Source of the DNA: a bacterium
Lineage (GTDB): Bacteria; DUMJ01
Assembly (NCBI GenBank): GCA_012839925.1
Contig: DUMJ01000025.1
Span: forward strand, 8,797-72,796
Length of the DNA stretch: 64,000 nucleotides
Direction: 5' to 3'
The notes below the pieces were generated by a model. It saw only the letters and a list, made by a program, of their open reading frames with translations. It did not search any database and was not told the origin of the DNA. Below, one piece after another: positions 20,107 through 31,470 of this stretch. Every line of letters starts with the position of its first letter. The first letter of the stretch is position 1. The translations under genes were made by a program, and so were the position numbers.

Positions 20107-23100
20107 ACATAGATTTAAGTTCAGCTATAAGCTTACCCGATTCTCTAATTCTATACTCATTACCTAGGGCTACTTCACATATCTCAGTATCATCCACTAT
20201 ATGAACAATAACCGGCATTTCTCCTGAATATCCGGAGAGAATACTCTTAAGTCCAAAGAGAACATTGTTGCTACATCTCTCCTCTTTAATCTTTATATGA
20301 AGACTTCGAATCTTCTCCTCGTAATGAGATTTGCCTAATAGATAGACCCTATCTGCTATTACTTTTATCTCTTCTTCCTTCTTATCGATCTTACCTTCAA
20401 CTATGAATACATTAGTGGAATTATTTATCTCCTTATTTATATCTTTAAAGATTTTAGGAAATACCACCACCTCTATACTCCCTGATAAATCCTCTATCTG
20501 TAAAAAGCCCATCTTACCATTTTTTGTGTCTACCAGTTTTATGCCTGATACAACTCCTCCTATAGTAACTGTAACTCCATCATCTAACTCTTCCAGTTCT
20601 TCTATATTACAGGATATCCTCTTCTTCAGTTCATCAGTATAGTGTAACAATGGATTGTCTGATATATAAAGACCTATAAGTTCTTTCTCCATAGCCAGTA
20701 TCTCTTCCATAGGAAACTCACCTATAGCTGGGACTGGCTCTAAGTTGACCATTTCAGAATCAAAAAGATTTTTTCTCTTACCTTTTCCTGTACTTTTCTT
20801 CTCCTGGTATTGTTCAAAAATAGCAAGAAGTTCTGCCCTACTTTTGCCTAAAGAATCAAAAGCCCCTGCTCTTATAAGGCTCTCGATCACCTTTTTGTTT
20901 ACCTTTCTCAGGTCCACCCTTCTGAGAAAATCCTCCAGGCTGGTAAACTTTCCACCCTTCTTCCTGGCTTCAAGGATCACCTCTACTGCACTTTCTCCAA
21001 CGTTCTTTATAGCACTTAACCCAAAACGGATATTATTATTCGTAGGGGTAAAGTGGATATTACTCTCATTGATATCTGGAGGAAGGATCTTTATCCCCAT
21101 CCTTCTCGCCTCTTGTATATAAGAGGCAACCTTTGCCGTGTTACCTTCTACGCTCATAAGAAGTGCCGTCATATATGCCAGAGGATAGTGTGCCTTCAGA
21201 TAGGCTGACTGATACGATAATAAACCATAGGCTACCGTATGAGATTTATTAAAACCATAACCAGCAAAGTATTCCATCAGATCAAATACATGATTAGCTA
21301 CATCTGCAGGTATATCCCTCTCTACTGAACCATTTATAAATCTGCTCCTCTGCTGGGCAAGAACCTCAGGTAACTTCTTCCCCATAGCTCTTCTCAGTAT
21401 GTCTGCCTCTCCTAAAGTAAAGCCAGCCATAACATTTGCTATCTGCATAACCTGTTCCTGATACACTATTACTCCATAGGTATCCTTTAAAATAGGTTCC
21501 AGCAGTGGATGGGGATACTCTATGGGTTCTTCTCCCTTTTTACGCCTTACAAAGCTGGTGACCATACCACTTCCCAGCGGACCAGGACGATACAATGCAA
21601 GAACAGAGCTTATATCCTCAAAACATTCTGGTTTCATATCTTTCAGGAGATTCCTCATACCAGAACTTTCAAGCTGAAATACCCCTATCGTTTCTCCCTC
21701 CTGGAGGAGTCTGTATGTTTCTTTATCATCAATAGGAATCTTATCTAGGTCTAAATCTTCTCCTGTGGTCTCTTTGATAATCTTTACCGTGTTCTGAAGC
21801 AGAGTCAGTGTCCTCAAACCAAGGAAATCCATCTTGAGAAGTCCAAGCTCTTCAAGGTCTCCCATCTCAAATTGGGTCATAATTTCTCCCTCAGAACCTC
21901 TCTGAAGAGGAACCAGATCGGTGAGTGGGAACCTGGAGATAACAACCCCAGCCGCATGAGTAGATGCATGCCTTGGCATTCCTTCAAGACTTCTGGCTAT
22001 ATCGATGACCTTCTTAGCCCATTCTTCTCTCTCATACGTTCCTCTCAGATCAGGAGATACATTTATAGCCTCTTCAATAGAACTTCCTAGAGGTATAAGT
22101 TTGGCGAGTTTATCTATATCAGAATATGGTATATCCAGCACTCTACCCACATCCCTAACCGCTGCTCTGGACGCCATAGTCCCAAAGGTAATAATCTGTG
22201 ACACCTTATCCGCCCCATATTTTTCTGTAACATATTTTATAACCTCTTGTCTCTTTTCATCAGCGAAATCCATATCTATATCTGGCATACTTATCCTTTC
22301 AGGATTAAGGAATCTCTCGAAGAGGAGTCCCATACTGAGAGGCTCCACATTTGTAATCTCCAGACAATAAGAGACCATACTACCAGCAGCGCTTCCTCTA
22401 CCTGGTCCAACCATAATATTGTGTGTCCTGGCAAAGTGTATAACATCCCAGACGATAAGAAAATATCCACAGAATCCCATCATCTCAATGACAGACAGCT
22501 CTTTCTCAAGCCTCTCTCTTGCACCTTCCGGAGGATGCTCCCCATATCTCTTTCTAAAACCTTCTTCGGCTAACTTTTTCAGATAACTGGCAGTGGTCTC
22601 TCCTTCAGGGATAGGATAATCAGGTATGTGATACTTTCCAAAAGTTATCTCTATGTTGCATCTATCCGCTATTTCCAGAGTGTTGGCTATAGCGTCCGGA
22701 ATATCAGAAAAAAGTCTCTCTAACTCATCCCTAGACTTAAAGTAAAATTCATTGGTAGGAAATCGCATCTTATCAGGATCATTTATCTTCTTGTTCGTCT
22801 GGACTCCAAGGAGTATATCGTGGTAAATAGCATCTTCTTTTCTTATGTAATGGACATCGTTTGTAACAACCAGAGGAACTTTCATCTCTTCTGCCAGTCT
22901 CTTCATCACTGCATTAACCTTAGCTTCCTCTTCCATACCATGGTCCTGTAACTCTAAATAAAATCTATCAGGGAATACATTTTTATACCAATCTATAGTA
23001 GCCTTAGCACCCTTAATGTCATCTTCAAGTATAAGCCTTGAAATTTCCCCTTGGATGCAGGAGGATAAAGCTATCAGTCCATCACTGTACTTTTCAAGAG

Positions 23101-23461
23101 TAGGCTTGTCCACTCTGGGTTTATAGTAAAAACCTTCCAGGTATGCCACACTGACCAGCCTGGTCAGATTTCTGTATCCAGCATTATCCATGGCAAGGAG
23201 AACCAGATGATGATTCTCCTCCTGAGGATTCTTCTCCCTCATATCTCTAGGTGCCACATATATCTCACACCCAATTATGGGTTTTATCCCCTTTGATCTG
23301 GCTTTTTTATAGAATTTTATTACACCATACATATTTCCATGGTCAGTAATTGCACAGGCAGGCATCTCCAATCTTACTGCCTCTTCCATGAGGTCATCTA
23401 TCCTGCAGGCACCGTCTAATAAACTATATTCTGAATGCAGATGCAGATGGACAAAGCTCAT
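20078..23461 (-). CDS. dnaE: DNA polymerase III alpha subunit
   Basis: PHP domain HLHLHSEYSLLDG, palm/fingers and OB-fold regions, 1127 aa. Confidence 0.95.
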   Translation of the reverse strand: MSFVHLHLHSEYSLLDGACRIDDLMEEAVRLEMPACAITDHGNMYGVIKFYKKARSKGIKPIIGCEIYVAPRDMREKNPQEENHHLVLLAMDNAGYRNLTRLVSVAYLEGFYYKPRVDKPTLEKYSDGLIALSSCIQGEISRLILEDDIKGAKATIDWYKNVFPDRFYLELQDHGMEEEAKVNAVMKRLAEEMKVPLVVTNDVHYIRKEDAIYHDILLGVQTNKKINDPDKMRFPTNEFYFKSRDELERLFSDIPDAIANTLEIADRCNIEITFGKYHIPDYPIPEGETTASYLKKLAEEGFRKRYGEHPPEGARERLEKELSVIEMMGFCGYFLIVWDVIHFARTHNIMVGPGRGSAAGSMVSYCLEITNVEPLSMGLLFERFLNPERISMPDIDMDFADEKRQEVIKYVTEKYGADKVSQIITFGTMASRAAVRDVGRVLDIPYSDIDKLAKLIPLGSSIEEAINVSPDLRGTYEREEWAKKVIDIARSLEGMPRHASTHAAGVVISRFPLTDLVPLQRGSEGEIMTQFEMGDLEELGLLKMDFLGLRTLTLLQNTVKIIKETTGEDLDLDKIPIDDKETYRLLQEGETIGVFQLESSGMRNLLKDMKPECFEDISSVLALYRPGPLGSGMVTSFVRRKKGEEPIEYPHPLLEPILKDTYGVIVYQEQVMQIANVMAGFTLGEADILRRAMGKKLPEVLAQQRSRFINGSVERDIPADVANHVFDLMEYFAGYGFNKSHTVAYGLLSYQSAYLKAHYPLAYMTALLMSVEGNTAKVASYIQEARRMGIKILPPDINESNIHFTPTNNNIRFGLSAIKNVGESAVEVILEARKKGGKFTSLEDFLRRVDLRKVNKKVIESLIRAGAFDSLGKSRAELLAIFEQYQEKKSTGKGKRKNLFDSEMVNLEPVPAIGEFPMEEILAMEKELIGLYISDNPLLHYTDELKKRISCNIEELEELDDGVTVTIGGVVSGIKLVDTKNGKMGFLQIEDLSGSIEVVVFPKIFKDINKEINNSTNVFIVEGKIDKKEEEIKVIADRVYLLGKSHYEEKIRSLHIKIKEERCSNNVLFGLKSILSGYSGEMPVIVHIVDDTEICEVALGNEYRIRESGKLIAELKSMFGVANVWIE

Positions 23462-23465
23462 AATA

Positions 23466-24776
23466 TCACCTCCTCTCTAAAACAGCCACATATTCTATGT
23501 GAGCGGTCTGAGGAAAGAGATCAAACCCTTTTAGATGCTTAAGAATAAAATTTCCGGATTCTAGAATCCTTATATCTCTTGCCAGTGTAGTTGGGTTACA
23601 GGATACGTATATAATTCTCCCTATATCAAGCCGGGAGAGAAATATGGAAAACTCCTTCTCCAGACCCTTTCTTGGAGGATCAAGAATAACATAATCGAAA
23701 GACTCGTTTCTCGCAATCTGTCTCAGCTCCAGTTCCGTTTTACCTCTCCTTACCCTTACATTCTGGATCTTATTAATTTTGAGGTTATCCAGGGCGTCTT
23801 CCACAGCTATCGGATTTTCTTCTATACTGTATCCATATCTGGAAAATCTGGAGATGGGAAGACTGAATGTACCAACTCCAGCATAACCATCAATAAAAAC
23901 TCCACCCCTGTAAGGGGAGAGTATATCAGATATGTAGTCTAATATAGCCTTCAATTGATGGATATTTATCTGGAAGAAAGACCCCGGAGATATCATAAAA
24001 ATAACATCATTTATCTTCTGTTCTAATTTCTTATTTCCCTCTATAAGATAGAACTTATCTCCAAGAATTACATTACCACTAGATTTATTTATATTTTCAT
24101 ATACACTTATAACCTCAGGGAAGGTTTTGATAAGCTCTCTTGCAAATTCCTTCCCTTTCTTCAATCTATCCCATACGACAAAAGTCACCATAATATCTCC
24201 AGAGGTTCCCTGTCTTATATAGAGATATCTGAGATTTAAATCTCCCTTCCTTATCTCATCTTTAGCCCAGTGCAATATATCTATAAAAACAGGGGGATGC
24301 AGGGGACATTCGTATAAATCTACTATACTGTGCGTCCCTTTACTATAGAATCCTCCAGATACCTGTCCCTTCACTCTATGTATAGGGAATTGAGCCTTAT
24401 TCCTGTAATACCAGGGATTGGAAGATTTTACAGGTCCTTCTCCGTTTATCTCTCTCCCAAGGATATGGGATATAACTTCTAAAGAGGCGGATTTTTTTAG
24501 CTTTATCTGATAATCATAACTTGTATGCTGAAAACTGCATCCACCACACTGATAGTAGTGTCTGCATCTGGGGGCTATCCTCTCTTTAGACGGCTCTATT
24601 ATTTCTAAAGGAAAACCAGTAGCGTAATCTCTCTTTATATCATCTATACGAAGCATCACCTTTTCTCCGGGAAGTACATAGTCAGCCATAACTACCTGAC
24701 CGTTATAATGTCCCAATCCCTTCCCTTCCCAGATAATCTTTTCTATCTCTAATATTATCTTATCTCCTGGCTTCAT
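23466..24776 (-). CDS. rlmD: 23S rRNA (uracil-C5)-methyltransferase, RlmD/RumA family
   Basis: N-terminal TRAM domain, Fe-S Cys cluster CRHYYQCGGCSFQH and catalytic region YVSCNPTTLARD. Confidence 0.85.
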   Translation of the reverse strand: MKPGDKIILEIEKIIWEGKGLGHYNGQVVMADYVLPGEKVMLRIDDIKRDYATGFPLEIIEPSKERIAPRCRHYYQCGGCSFQHTSYDYQIKLKKSASLEVISHILGREINGEGPVKSSNPWYYRNKAQFPIHRVKGQVSGGFYSKGTHSIVDLYECPLHPPVFIDILHWAKDEIRKGDLNLRYLYIRQGTSGDIMVTFVVWDRLKKGKEFARELIKTFPEVISVYENINKSSGNVILGDKFYLIEGNKKLEQKINDVIFMISPGSFFQINIHQLKAILDYISDILSPYRGGVFIDGYAGVGTFSLPISRFSRYGYSIEENPIAVEDALDNLKINKIQNVRVRRGKTELELRQIARNESFDYVILDPPRKGLEKEFSIFLSRLDIGRIIYVSCNPTTLARDIRILESGNFILKHLKGFDLFPQTAHIEYVAVLERR

Positions 24777-25777
24777 CCTTTATAACCTGCTATAAACTGG
24801 GATATCCTCTCAACAGCTCCTCTTTCCCCCATCCTGATCTTACCTGCATCTCCTCTTCTCTCTATCTCTTGAGGATTATCTAACAGACTGTTTATTATAG
24901 AAACAACCGACTCTCTATCTGAAAGTATAAGAGAATCACCCAGCAGTTTCTTCTGCTCAGATATAAACTTTCTATTAAATTGAATCCCATCTATATAAAA
25001 ACTTACCACAGGCTTTCCCAAGCCTGCTGATTGCTCGTTACCACTCCCAGAAAGTCCTATCACCAGAATACTGGAAGAGACCATTTCTGGGAAGAGCCCC
25101 TTCCCTATATAAAGTTCTACTGGACTCTCTACCCTATAGCCGTATTCCCAGTCCAACAGGGTATACCTACCATCTAAAGCTTCAATTATATACTGCTCTG
25201 AGTTATTATTTATAGGAATATAATATTTAAATCTTTTCTTTATCTCTCTAACTACATCAAGCAGGAGAAGGAGATTCCTACCTGAATCTCTTCTCGTTCC
25301 AGGGAGGAGAGTAATCCCCTCTTCTAGAAGAAACTTTGGCTCTTCTACAGTATCCATAAGAGGATTACCAAGATAAGAAACATTTCTGAAACCTCTTTCT
25401 CTAAAGAATTCTTCAGTCCTCCTGTCCCTGACAAAAGTCCATAAGGTATATCTCCTTATTAACTCTAACTCTATCCTACTGAAACCATTTACCCAGGCAG
25501 AGTGCCCCTGATCAGTAGATATAAAGAATATATTCTTTTTAGTCCCAAGATGAGTAAAGACAAGATTAAAGGGGTCACCTACCGAGATAACGATCTCAGC
25601 ATTAATGGACCTGAGCGTTTTATACATATTAAGAAGGTCTCCAAGCAATCCTCTCTTTATGTCCTCTTTAAAGAGAGAAGGTCCAACCCTGAATCCAAAT
25701 CCTCCACTTGGCACTATAGAACCGCTAGATAGTACTGGAAAGTTATAACCTTTAAATGCATTACCTTCCCCTACCAT
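24773..25777 (-). CDS. lipid-A-disaccharide synthase-related (LpxB-like, TIGR03492-type) glycosyltransferase
   Basis: GT-B-like pattern. The first ATG is at 25777, but the frame is open to 25909 and encodes the family-typical N-terminus [15 protein letters not shown] upstream of it (see finding). Confidence 0.55.
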   Translation of the reverse strand: MVGEGNAFKGYNFPVLSSGSIVPSGGFGFRVGPSLFKEDIKRGLLGDLLNMYKTLRSINAEIVISVGDPFNLVFTHLGTKKNIFFISTDQGHSAWVNGFSRIELELIRRYTLWTFVRDRRTEEFFRERGFRNVSYLGNPLMDTVEEPKFLLEEGITLLPGTRRDSGRNLLLLLDVVREIKKRFKYYIPINNNSEQYIIEALDGRYTLLDWEYGYRVESPVELYIGKGLFPEMVSSSILVIGLSGSGNEQSAGLGKPVVSFYIDGIQFNRKFISEQKKLLGDSLILSDRESVVSIINSLLDNPQEIERRGDAGKIRMGERGAVERISQFIAGYKG

Positions 25778-25881
25778 AGGAAATACTCCTATCTCACCAG
25801 GAGGATAATACCTGCTCAGGGCAAGGGATAACCTTACCGATATATCATCTTCACAGTATCCATTACTGACTATTAGAATCT

Positions 25882-27318
25882 TTACCCCAATGCCTTCTTC
25901 AACAATTCGTTAACAAGTTTAGGATTTGCTCTGCCCCTGGTCAACTTCATTACCTGTCCAACGAGAAACATAAACGACTTCTCTTTACCCTTTTTATACT
26001 CCTCTACAACTCCAGCATTTTCTCTCAATACCTGGTCGATAGCAGAGAGTATAAAAGATATATCAGTAATCTGTATGAGACCCTTCTCCTCTACCAATTT
26101 CTTCGGAGAAACTCCTCTATCTATAAGTTCTGGGAGTATATCTTTGGCTATTCTTCCACTTATAACACCCTGATCTATAAGATCAAGTAATTCAACCATA
26201 ATCTCAGGGGTAAATGATGTTTCAGTTATAACCTTATTTCTATCCTTAAGTTCTTTGGTCACATCAACCAGTAACCAGTTGGCTATATTCTTTGGATTAT
26301 TATAAAGGTCTACAGTCCTGTCAAAGAAAACAGACAGTTCCAGATCATGGGCAAGAAGTTTTGCCTCGTATGGAGTAAGTCCAAGTTTTTTATATCTCTC
26401 ATATTTCTCATCAGGCAGCTCCGGTATTTGAGACTTCAGGGATTCTATCCATCCATCCTCTATCTCTAATGGAACAAGGTCTGGCTCTGGAAAATACCTA
26501 TAATCATGCGCCTCTTCTTTACCCCTCATACTGACAGTCCGCTCATTCTTTTCGTCCCAATGCCTGGTCTCCTGTATAACTTCTCCCCCTCTAGAAACCA
26601 CATCTATCTGTCTATTGATCTCATATATTAAGGCTCTCTCCACAGATCTGAAAGAATTTATATTCTTAAGTTCTGTCTTGGTCCCCAGCTTCTCAGAACC
26701 CTTTCTCCTTACTGAGATATTTGCCTCACATCTCATACTTCCCTCTTCCATTTTACCGTCGCAGACTCCAAGGAACACCAAGATGTCTCTCATATTTGAG
26801 AGATACTCTTTAGCTTCTTCAGGGCTGGATATATCCGGCTCCGAGACTATCTCAAGAAGAGGAACACTGCTTCTATTAAAATCTACAAAGGATATATCAG
26901 AACCAGTTATACGTCCACCACTATGGATCAGCTTACCAGTATCTTCCTCAAGATGGACCCTTCTTATCCTTATCCTTTTTCTTCCGCCTTCAGTCTCTAT
27001 CTCCAGATATCCCTGTATTCCTATAGGAGAGTCATACTGTGATATCTGATAATTCTTGGGTAAGTCAGGATAGTAATAGTTCTTTCTGTGAAATATAGAA
27101 TGTCTATTTATACTGCAATTAAGAGCAAGAGCTGTAGTAATTGCAAATTCTACTGCCCTTTTATTAAGTACTGGTAAAGCTCCAGGTAATCCTAAACATA
27201 CAGGACAGACCAGTGTATTAGGGGGAGCTCCAAACTGAACAGGACAACTACAAAAGACCTTGGACCTGGTTAATAACTCTGCATGAATCTCCATACCTAT
27301 ATTGACTTCATAATCCAT
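25882..27318 (-). CDS. gatB: Asp/Glu-tRNA amidotransferase subunit B
   Basis: Full-length GatB pattern with a C-terminal YqeY-like domain. Confidence 0.95.
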   Translation of the reverse strand: MDYEVNIGMEIHAELLTRSKVFCSCPVQFGAPPNTLVCPVCLGLPGALPVLNKRAVEFAITTALALNCSINRHSIFHRKNYYYPDLPKNYQISQYDSPIGIQGYLEIETEGGRKRIRIRRVHLEEDTGKLIHSGGRITGSDISFVDFNRSSVPLLEIVSEPDISSPEEAKEYLSNMRDILVFLGVCDGKMEEGSMRCEANISVRRKGSEKLGTKTELKNINSFRSVERALIYEINRQIDVVSRGGEVIQETRHWDEKNERTVSMRGKEEAHDYRYFPEPDLVPLEIEDGWIESLKSQIPELPDEKYERYKKLGLTPYEAKLLAHDLELSVFFDRTVDLYNNPKNIANWLLVDVTKELKDRNKVITETSFTPEIMVELLDLIDQGVISGRIAKDILPELIDRGVSPKKLVEEKGLIQITDISFILSAIDQVLRENAGVVEEYKKGKEKSFMFLVGQVMKLTRGRANPKLVNELLKKALG

Positions 27319-27320
27319 AA

Positions 27321-28757
27321 CTAACTCCCTCCTATCTGAGGTCTCTTCTTATGAAAAGATGTTGCCTGTTCAAATCCATAAGACACCTCGAAGAGTTTCG
27401 ATTCACTGAAAGTAGGACCCATAATCTGCAGACCTACAGGGAGATTATTGATAAATCCACAGGGAATAGATATCGCTGGAATTCCAGCCAGATTCACCGG
27501 GATTGTGCATATATCGGATAGATACATCTCCAGAGGATTGGATATCTTTTCTCCCAATTTAAATGGCAATATTGGAGATGTCGGAGAAATAAGCACGTCA
27601 AATCGTTCAAATGCCTTTTTAAAATCATCAGCAATAAGATTTCTAAACTTCAAAGCCTTCAGATAAAATGCCTCATAGTAACCAGCACTCAAGACATATG
27701 TCCCTAACATTATCCTTCTCTTTACCTCTGGTCCAAAACCTTCACCCCGTGTATTAAACATCATCTCTTCTGCCGTCTTTCCATTCGCTCTTAATCCATA
27801 CCTCACACCGTCAAACCTGGCCAGATTAGAACTTGCCTCCGCAGTAGCAAGTATATAGTAAGTAGGTACAGAGTATTCTATGTGAGGTAAAGAAACTTCT
27901 TCTACTATAGCACCTGAATCTTCAAATATCTTTATTGAATTATCCATACAAGCTCTTACAGAAGGGTCTACACCTTCTCCCATAAGTTCTTTAACCAGAC
28001 CTATCTTTAACCCCTTTATATCTCCTTTGGGTGGAGAAAATTTATATGGGGGCATATTGAGAGAAGTAGAATCATTCGGATCATACCCGCTTATAAAGCT
28101 ATACAAGAGGGCACAATCTGTCACATCTTTTGTAATAGGACCTATCTGGTCGAGAGAAGAGGCAAATGCAACCAGTCCATACCTGGATACGGTACCATAT
28201 GTGGGTTTTAAGCCAACCACCCCACAGAAAGATGCTGGCTGTCTTATGGAACCGCCTGTATCTGAACCTAAAGACCATATAGAAAACCCTATAGCTACAC
28301 TTGCAGCAGAACCTCCACTGGAGCCTCCTGGAACCCTCTCCAAGTCCCAGGGATTTCTGGTAGGATAAAATGCAGAGTTTTCTGTAGAAGAGCCCATAGC
28401 AAATTCATCTAGATTAGTCTTACCTATAATATTAAAAGAGTTTTGAATTAATTTTTTTATAACTGTCGCATTGTATGGGGCAATAAAATTTGAAAGTATT
28501 TTTGAGGCACAGGTAGCAGGTTGCCCTTTTACCAGCATATTATCTTTTATGGCTATAGGAATGGCGGAGTATGGCTCATCCTCTCTTATAGAATTAATAA
28601 TAGTCTCAGCGTCTCTGATATTGAGAAATGCCTTAACCTGAGATTCATACATTTCTATCCTATTTATGCAGCTATTGACTATATCTACAGGGGAGACTTC
28701 CTTCCTGGAGATTAACCCCAGAAGTTCATGAGCTGTAAGATCTGCCAGGTTTGTCAT
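27321..28757 (-). CDS. gatA: Asp/Glu-tRNA amidotransferase subunit A
   Basis: Amidase signature GGSSGGSAA.. and KDN.. motifs. Confidence 0.95.
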   Translation of the reverse strand: MTNLADLTAHELLGLISRKEVSPVDIVNSCINRIEMYESQVKAFLNIRDAETIINSIREDEPYSAIPIAIKDNMLVKGQPATCASKILSNFIAPYNATVIKKLIQNSFNIIGKTNLDEFAMGSSTENSAFYPTRNPWDLERVPGGSSGGSAASVAIGFSIWSLGSDTGGSIRQPASFCGVVGLKPTYGTVSRYGLVAFASSLDQIGPITKDVTDCALLYSFISGYDPNDSTSLNMPPYKFSPPKGDIKGLKIGLVKELMGEGVDPSVRACMDNSIKIFEDSGAIVEEVSLPHIEYSVPTYYILATAEASSNLARFDGVRYGLRANGKTAEEMMFNTRGEGFGPEVKRRIMLGTYVLSAGYYEAFYLKALKFRNLIADDFKKAFERFDVLISPTSPILPFKLGEKISNPLEMYLSDICTIPVNLAGIPAISIPCGFINNLPVGLQIMGPTFSESKLFEVSYGFEQATSFHKKRPQIGGS

Positions 28758-29047
28758 CCTTCACCTCCCAGGATTGGAGGTATAACAAAGAAACCACCAT
28801 CCTCTGAAGGTGCATTACTTAACGCTTCTTCTTGGGTAAGATTCTCTTGAGGGATATCCTCTCTTAAAACATTGCTCACAGGTAAGACATGATACATTGG
28901 AGGGACACTGGTGGTATCTATCTCATCTAACCTGGCTGCATAATTTAGGACATCGTTCAACTGCTTTCTGTACATTTCCCTTTCATCATCGGTGAGTCTC
29001 AACCTGGCTAATCTCTCTATATGTATCACCTCTTCAATAGAAAGCAT
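28754..29047 (-). CDS. gatC: Asp/Glu-tRNA amidotransferase subunit C
   Basis: 97 aa with HIERLARLRLTDDE pattern, directly upstream of gatA. Confidence 0.9.
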   Translation of the reverse strand: MLSIEEVIHIERLARLRLTDDEREMYRKQLNDVLNYAARLDEIDTTSVPPMYHVLPVSNVLREDIPQENLTQEEALSNAPSEDGGFFVIPPILGGEG

Positions 29048-29064
29048 ACCTATATAACCTCCTT

Positions 29065-29862
29065 TTACATCTTGGTAGCAACTATCGCTACCAGATAAGA
29101 ACAGGGGACTATCAGTAACTGGGCTAATATAGTCCCTATTAATCTTGCTATGGCAAGCACAATAACTATACTCCTGACGTCTCTCTGCGGTCTCATATCC
29201 CTCAAAGCTTGATCTGTTATGACCGCTATAGAGGGGTCAACAAAAATCATAAACAGTACAGTGGCTATACCATTTATTATACCAGAAAGTTGACTTGCTG
29301 TAACTCGATACTGAGGTACGATAGTCCCCGCGTAGAGAGAACTGAGCACACCTATAGTATAAAATCCCGTGATAAAAAGTTGAAGGAAGAAGAATTTCTT
29401 AGGGATATTTTTAAAGATATCTCTGCCTATAATTTCTTTACTTGGAACAACAAAGTTCTCAACAGGGAGTATTATATTCTTAGGTCTCAACAACTTAAGG
29501 ATTAACTTAAAGATAGAACCTTCTCTCTCAAAGCTCACTATAAGCTTACCAAAAGATTTTACAAAAGTAGGCATAAGAAACATTCCTATAATAGTACCGA
29601 TAGTACTGGATAAAATTATAAGTCTAAACTCATTTAATAAAGGCAAGGGCTGATGATTCCTGATTGCCAGATCAACCATCTTTCCAACCATAGGAGCCTG
29701 TAATAAATTAGCCGTTCTGGATACAATAACTAGGATGTTAAATAAACTGGAGGCAGTAACCACTCTACCCACCTTTAACCCAACCCATCTCACAGAGAGT
29801 GACAGTGTGTCGGTCATATGTATAATTCCTATCAAAATACAAACGGCAAGTAATCTATTCAA
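29065..29862 (-). CDS. amj: Amj-family (DUF2837) lipid II flippase
   Basis: Blocks shared with B. subtilis Amj/YdaH as I recall it: SLFNILVIVSRTAN, YTIGVLSSLYAG, INGIATVLFMIFVDP and GTILAQL. Confidence 0.7.
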   Translation of the reverse strand: MNRLLAVCILIGIIHMTDTLSLSVRWVGLKVGRVVTASSLFNILVIVSRTANLLQAPMVGKMVDLAIRNHQPLPLLNEFRLIILSSTIGTIIGMFLMPTFVKSFGKLIVSFEREGSIFKLILKLLRPKNIILPVENFVVPSKEIIGRDIFKNIPKKFFFLQLFITGFYTIGVLSSLYAGTIVPQYRVTASQLSGIINGIATVLFMIFVDPSIAVITDQALRDMRPQRDVRSIVIVLAIARLIGTILAQLLIVPCSYLVAIVATKM

Positions 29863-30749
29863 ATCATTCCTCTCAGTCTCTTTAGAAGATTCTCGATATC
29901 TTCAGGGATCGGAGAATAAAAATCCAGTAACTTCCCTGACACAGGATGAAGGAAACACAATCTTGAAGAGTGAAGAGCCTGCCTGGATATCAGAGTCTCA
30001 TCCTCTTTCCTCCCATAAACTCTATCTCCAACCACAGGATGACCTATATAAGACAGGTGAACTCTTATCTGATGTGTTCTTCCAGTCTCTATTCTTACCC
30101 TTATCAGAGAGTAGTCTCCAATGATTTCCAGCAACTCGTAATGTGTAATAGCTATCCTTCCTGAAGGAGATACAGCCATTTTAGTTCTGTTCAGCTGAGA
30201 TCTCCCTATAGGAGCATTTATCATACCGGACTTAACCTTTCCGTAAACCACCGCTATATACTCCTTTTTTATCCTTCTTTCCTGCATCTCTCTGATAAGG
30301 GCATTATAACTCTGAAGAGTCTTGGCTATTACCATAAGTCCAGAAGTATCTCTGTCCAATCTGTGTACTATTCCTGGTCTCTCCTTATTTACAGGAGCCA
30401 GTTCTATCTTACCAACAAGGGCATTGACCAGGGTAGGACTTTTTACACTTGGTGCGGGATGAACCACAAGTCCAGGAGGTTTATTAACCACAGCTATACT
30501 CTCATCTTCATATACTATATCAACAGGAAGATCATACGGAAGCAAAGTGTTGTCCTCCACAGGTAATTCTTCAATTCTAATATCAGAACCATCTTTTACT
30601 TTAAAACTCGGTTTACAGATAACTCTTCCATCCACCGAGACCTTTCCAGCCTCTATAATGCCCTTTATCTTCTCCCTAGATAGATCTGTAAGCATCTCTT
30701 TCACGACCAGATCAAGTCGCTCTTCTTTTCCACTCCAAACTCTTTCCAT
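29859..30749 (-). CDS. rluD: RluA-family 23S rRNA pseudouridine synthase (RluD-like)
   Basis: S4 domain followed by the HRLDRDTSG catalytic motif. Confidence 0.9.
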   Translation of the reverse strand: MERVWSGKEERLDLVVKEMLTDLSREKIKGIIEAGKVSVDGRVICKPSFKVKDGSDIRIEELPVEDNTLLPYDLPVDIVYEDESIAVVNKPPGLVVHPAPSVKSPTLVNALVGKIELAPVNKERPGIVHRLDRDTSGLMVIAKTLQSYNALIREMQERRIKKEYIAVVYGKVKSGMINAPIGRSQLNRTKMAVSPSGRIAITHYELLEIIGDYSLIRVRIETGRTHQIRVHLSYIGHPVVGDRVYGRKEDETLISRQALHSSRLCFLHPVSGKLLDFYSPIPEDIENLLKRLRGMI

Positions 30750-31470
30750 ACAATACCAAGGAGGTCACAATCAGTGTCCCCAGCATCCCCCATTGGGTTA
30801 TACTCAGACCTCCTATATAAGTGCTGTTATATCTATAGAATTCTATTATAAACCTGTATACACAGTACAGGATAATGTAAACCAGGAAACGTTTCCCGGG
30901 TTTATCATACCAGTCTCTAGTTACAAGGAACAGAAAGATAATAAATGACGTCAATGAAGAGACTAACTGTGTGGGATATCTATACGCTCCCAGCATATAG
31001 ACACTCCACCAGGCAGGCTCGCAGATCTTTCCAAAACAGCATCCATTAAGAAAACATCCTATCCTGCCCACAGAATAACCCAATGCTATATAGGGAGCAA
31101 GAATATCTACTATCAACCAGAAGGAAAGTTTACGCCATCTGATAAAGAAGATGGTAGCTATAAGGGCAAAAAGGAATGCACCAGGCCAGGCTAATCCTCC
31201 TGTTTTTATAGAAAAAGCAAAACCCAGATTATCCCTGTAACTATTGAAATTTACCAGGACATATAAAACCCTTGCCCCGATTATACCGGAAATAATCAGG
31301 ATGATTGACAGGTCCAGAATATTTTCTGGGTCAACATCCCTCTTACTTGCCTCTCTCATAGCAAATAAGACAGCCAGGATGATTCCTGTCATTACCATTA
31401 ATCCCCAGGACCTTATAGAAAAATTTCCAAGACGCAAGATTACAGGATACATACATTCACCTCCCATCAA
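30712..31470 (-). CDS. lgt: prolipoprotein diacylglyceryl transferase
   Basis: Polytopic; GARVLYV and GRIGCFLNGCCFG motifs. The start may instead be ATG 31452 (MYPVILRLG). Confidence 0.9.
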   Translation of the reverse strand: MMGGECMYPVILRLGNFSIRSWGLMVMTGIILAVLFAMREASKRDVDPENILDLSIILIISGIIGARVLYVLVNFNSYRDNLGFAFSIKTGGLAWPGAFLFALIATIFFIRWRKLSFWLIVDILAPYIALGYSVGRIGCFLNGCCFGKICEPAWWSVYMLGAYRYPTQLVSSLTSFIIFLFLVTRDWYDKPGKRFLVYIILYCVYRFIIEFYRYNSTYIGGLSITQWGMLGTLIVTSLVLYGKSLEWKRRAT

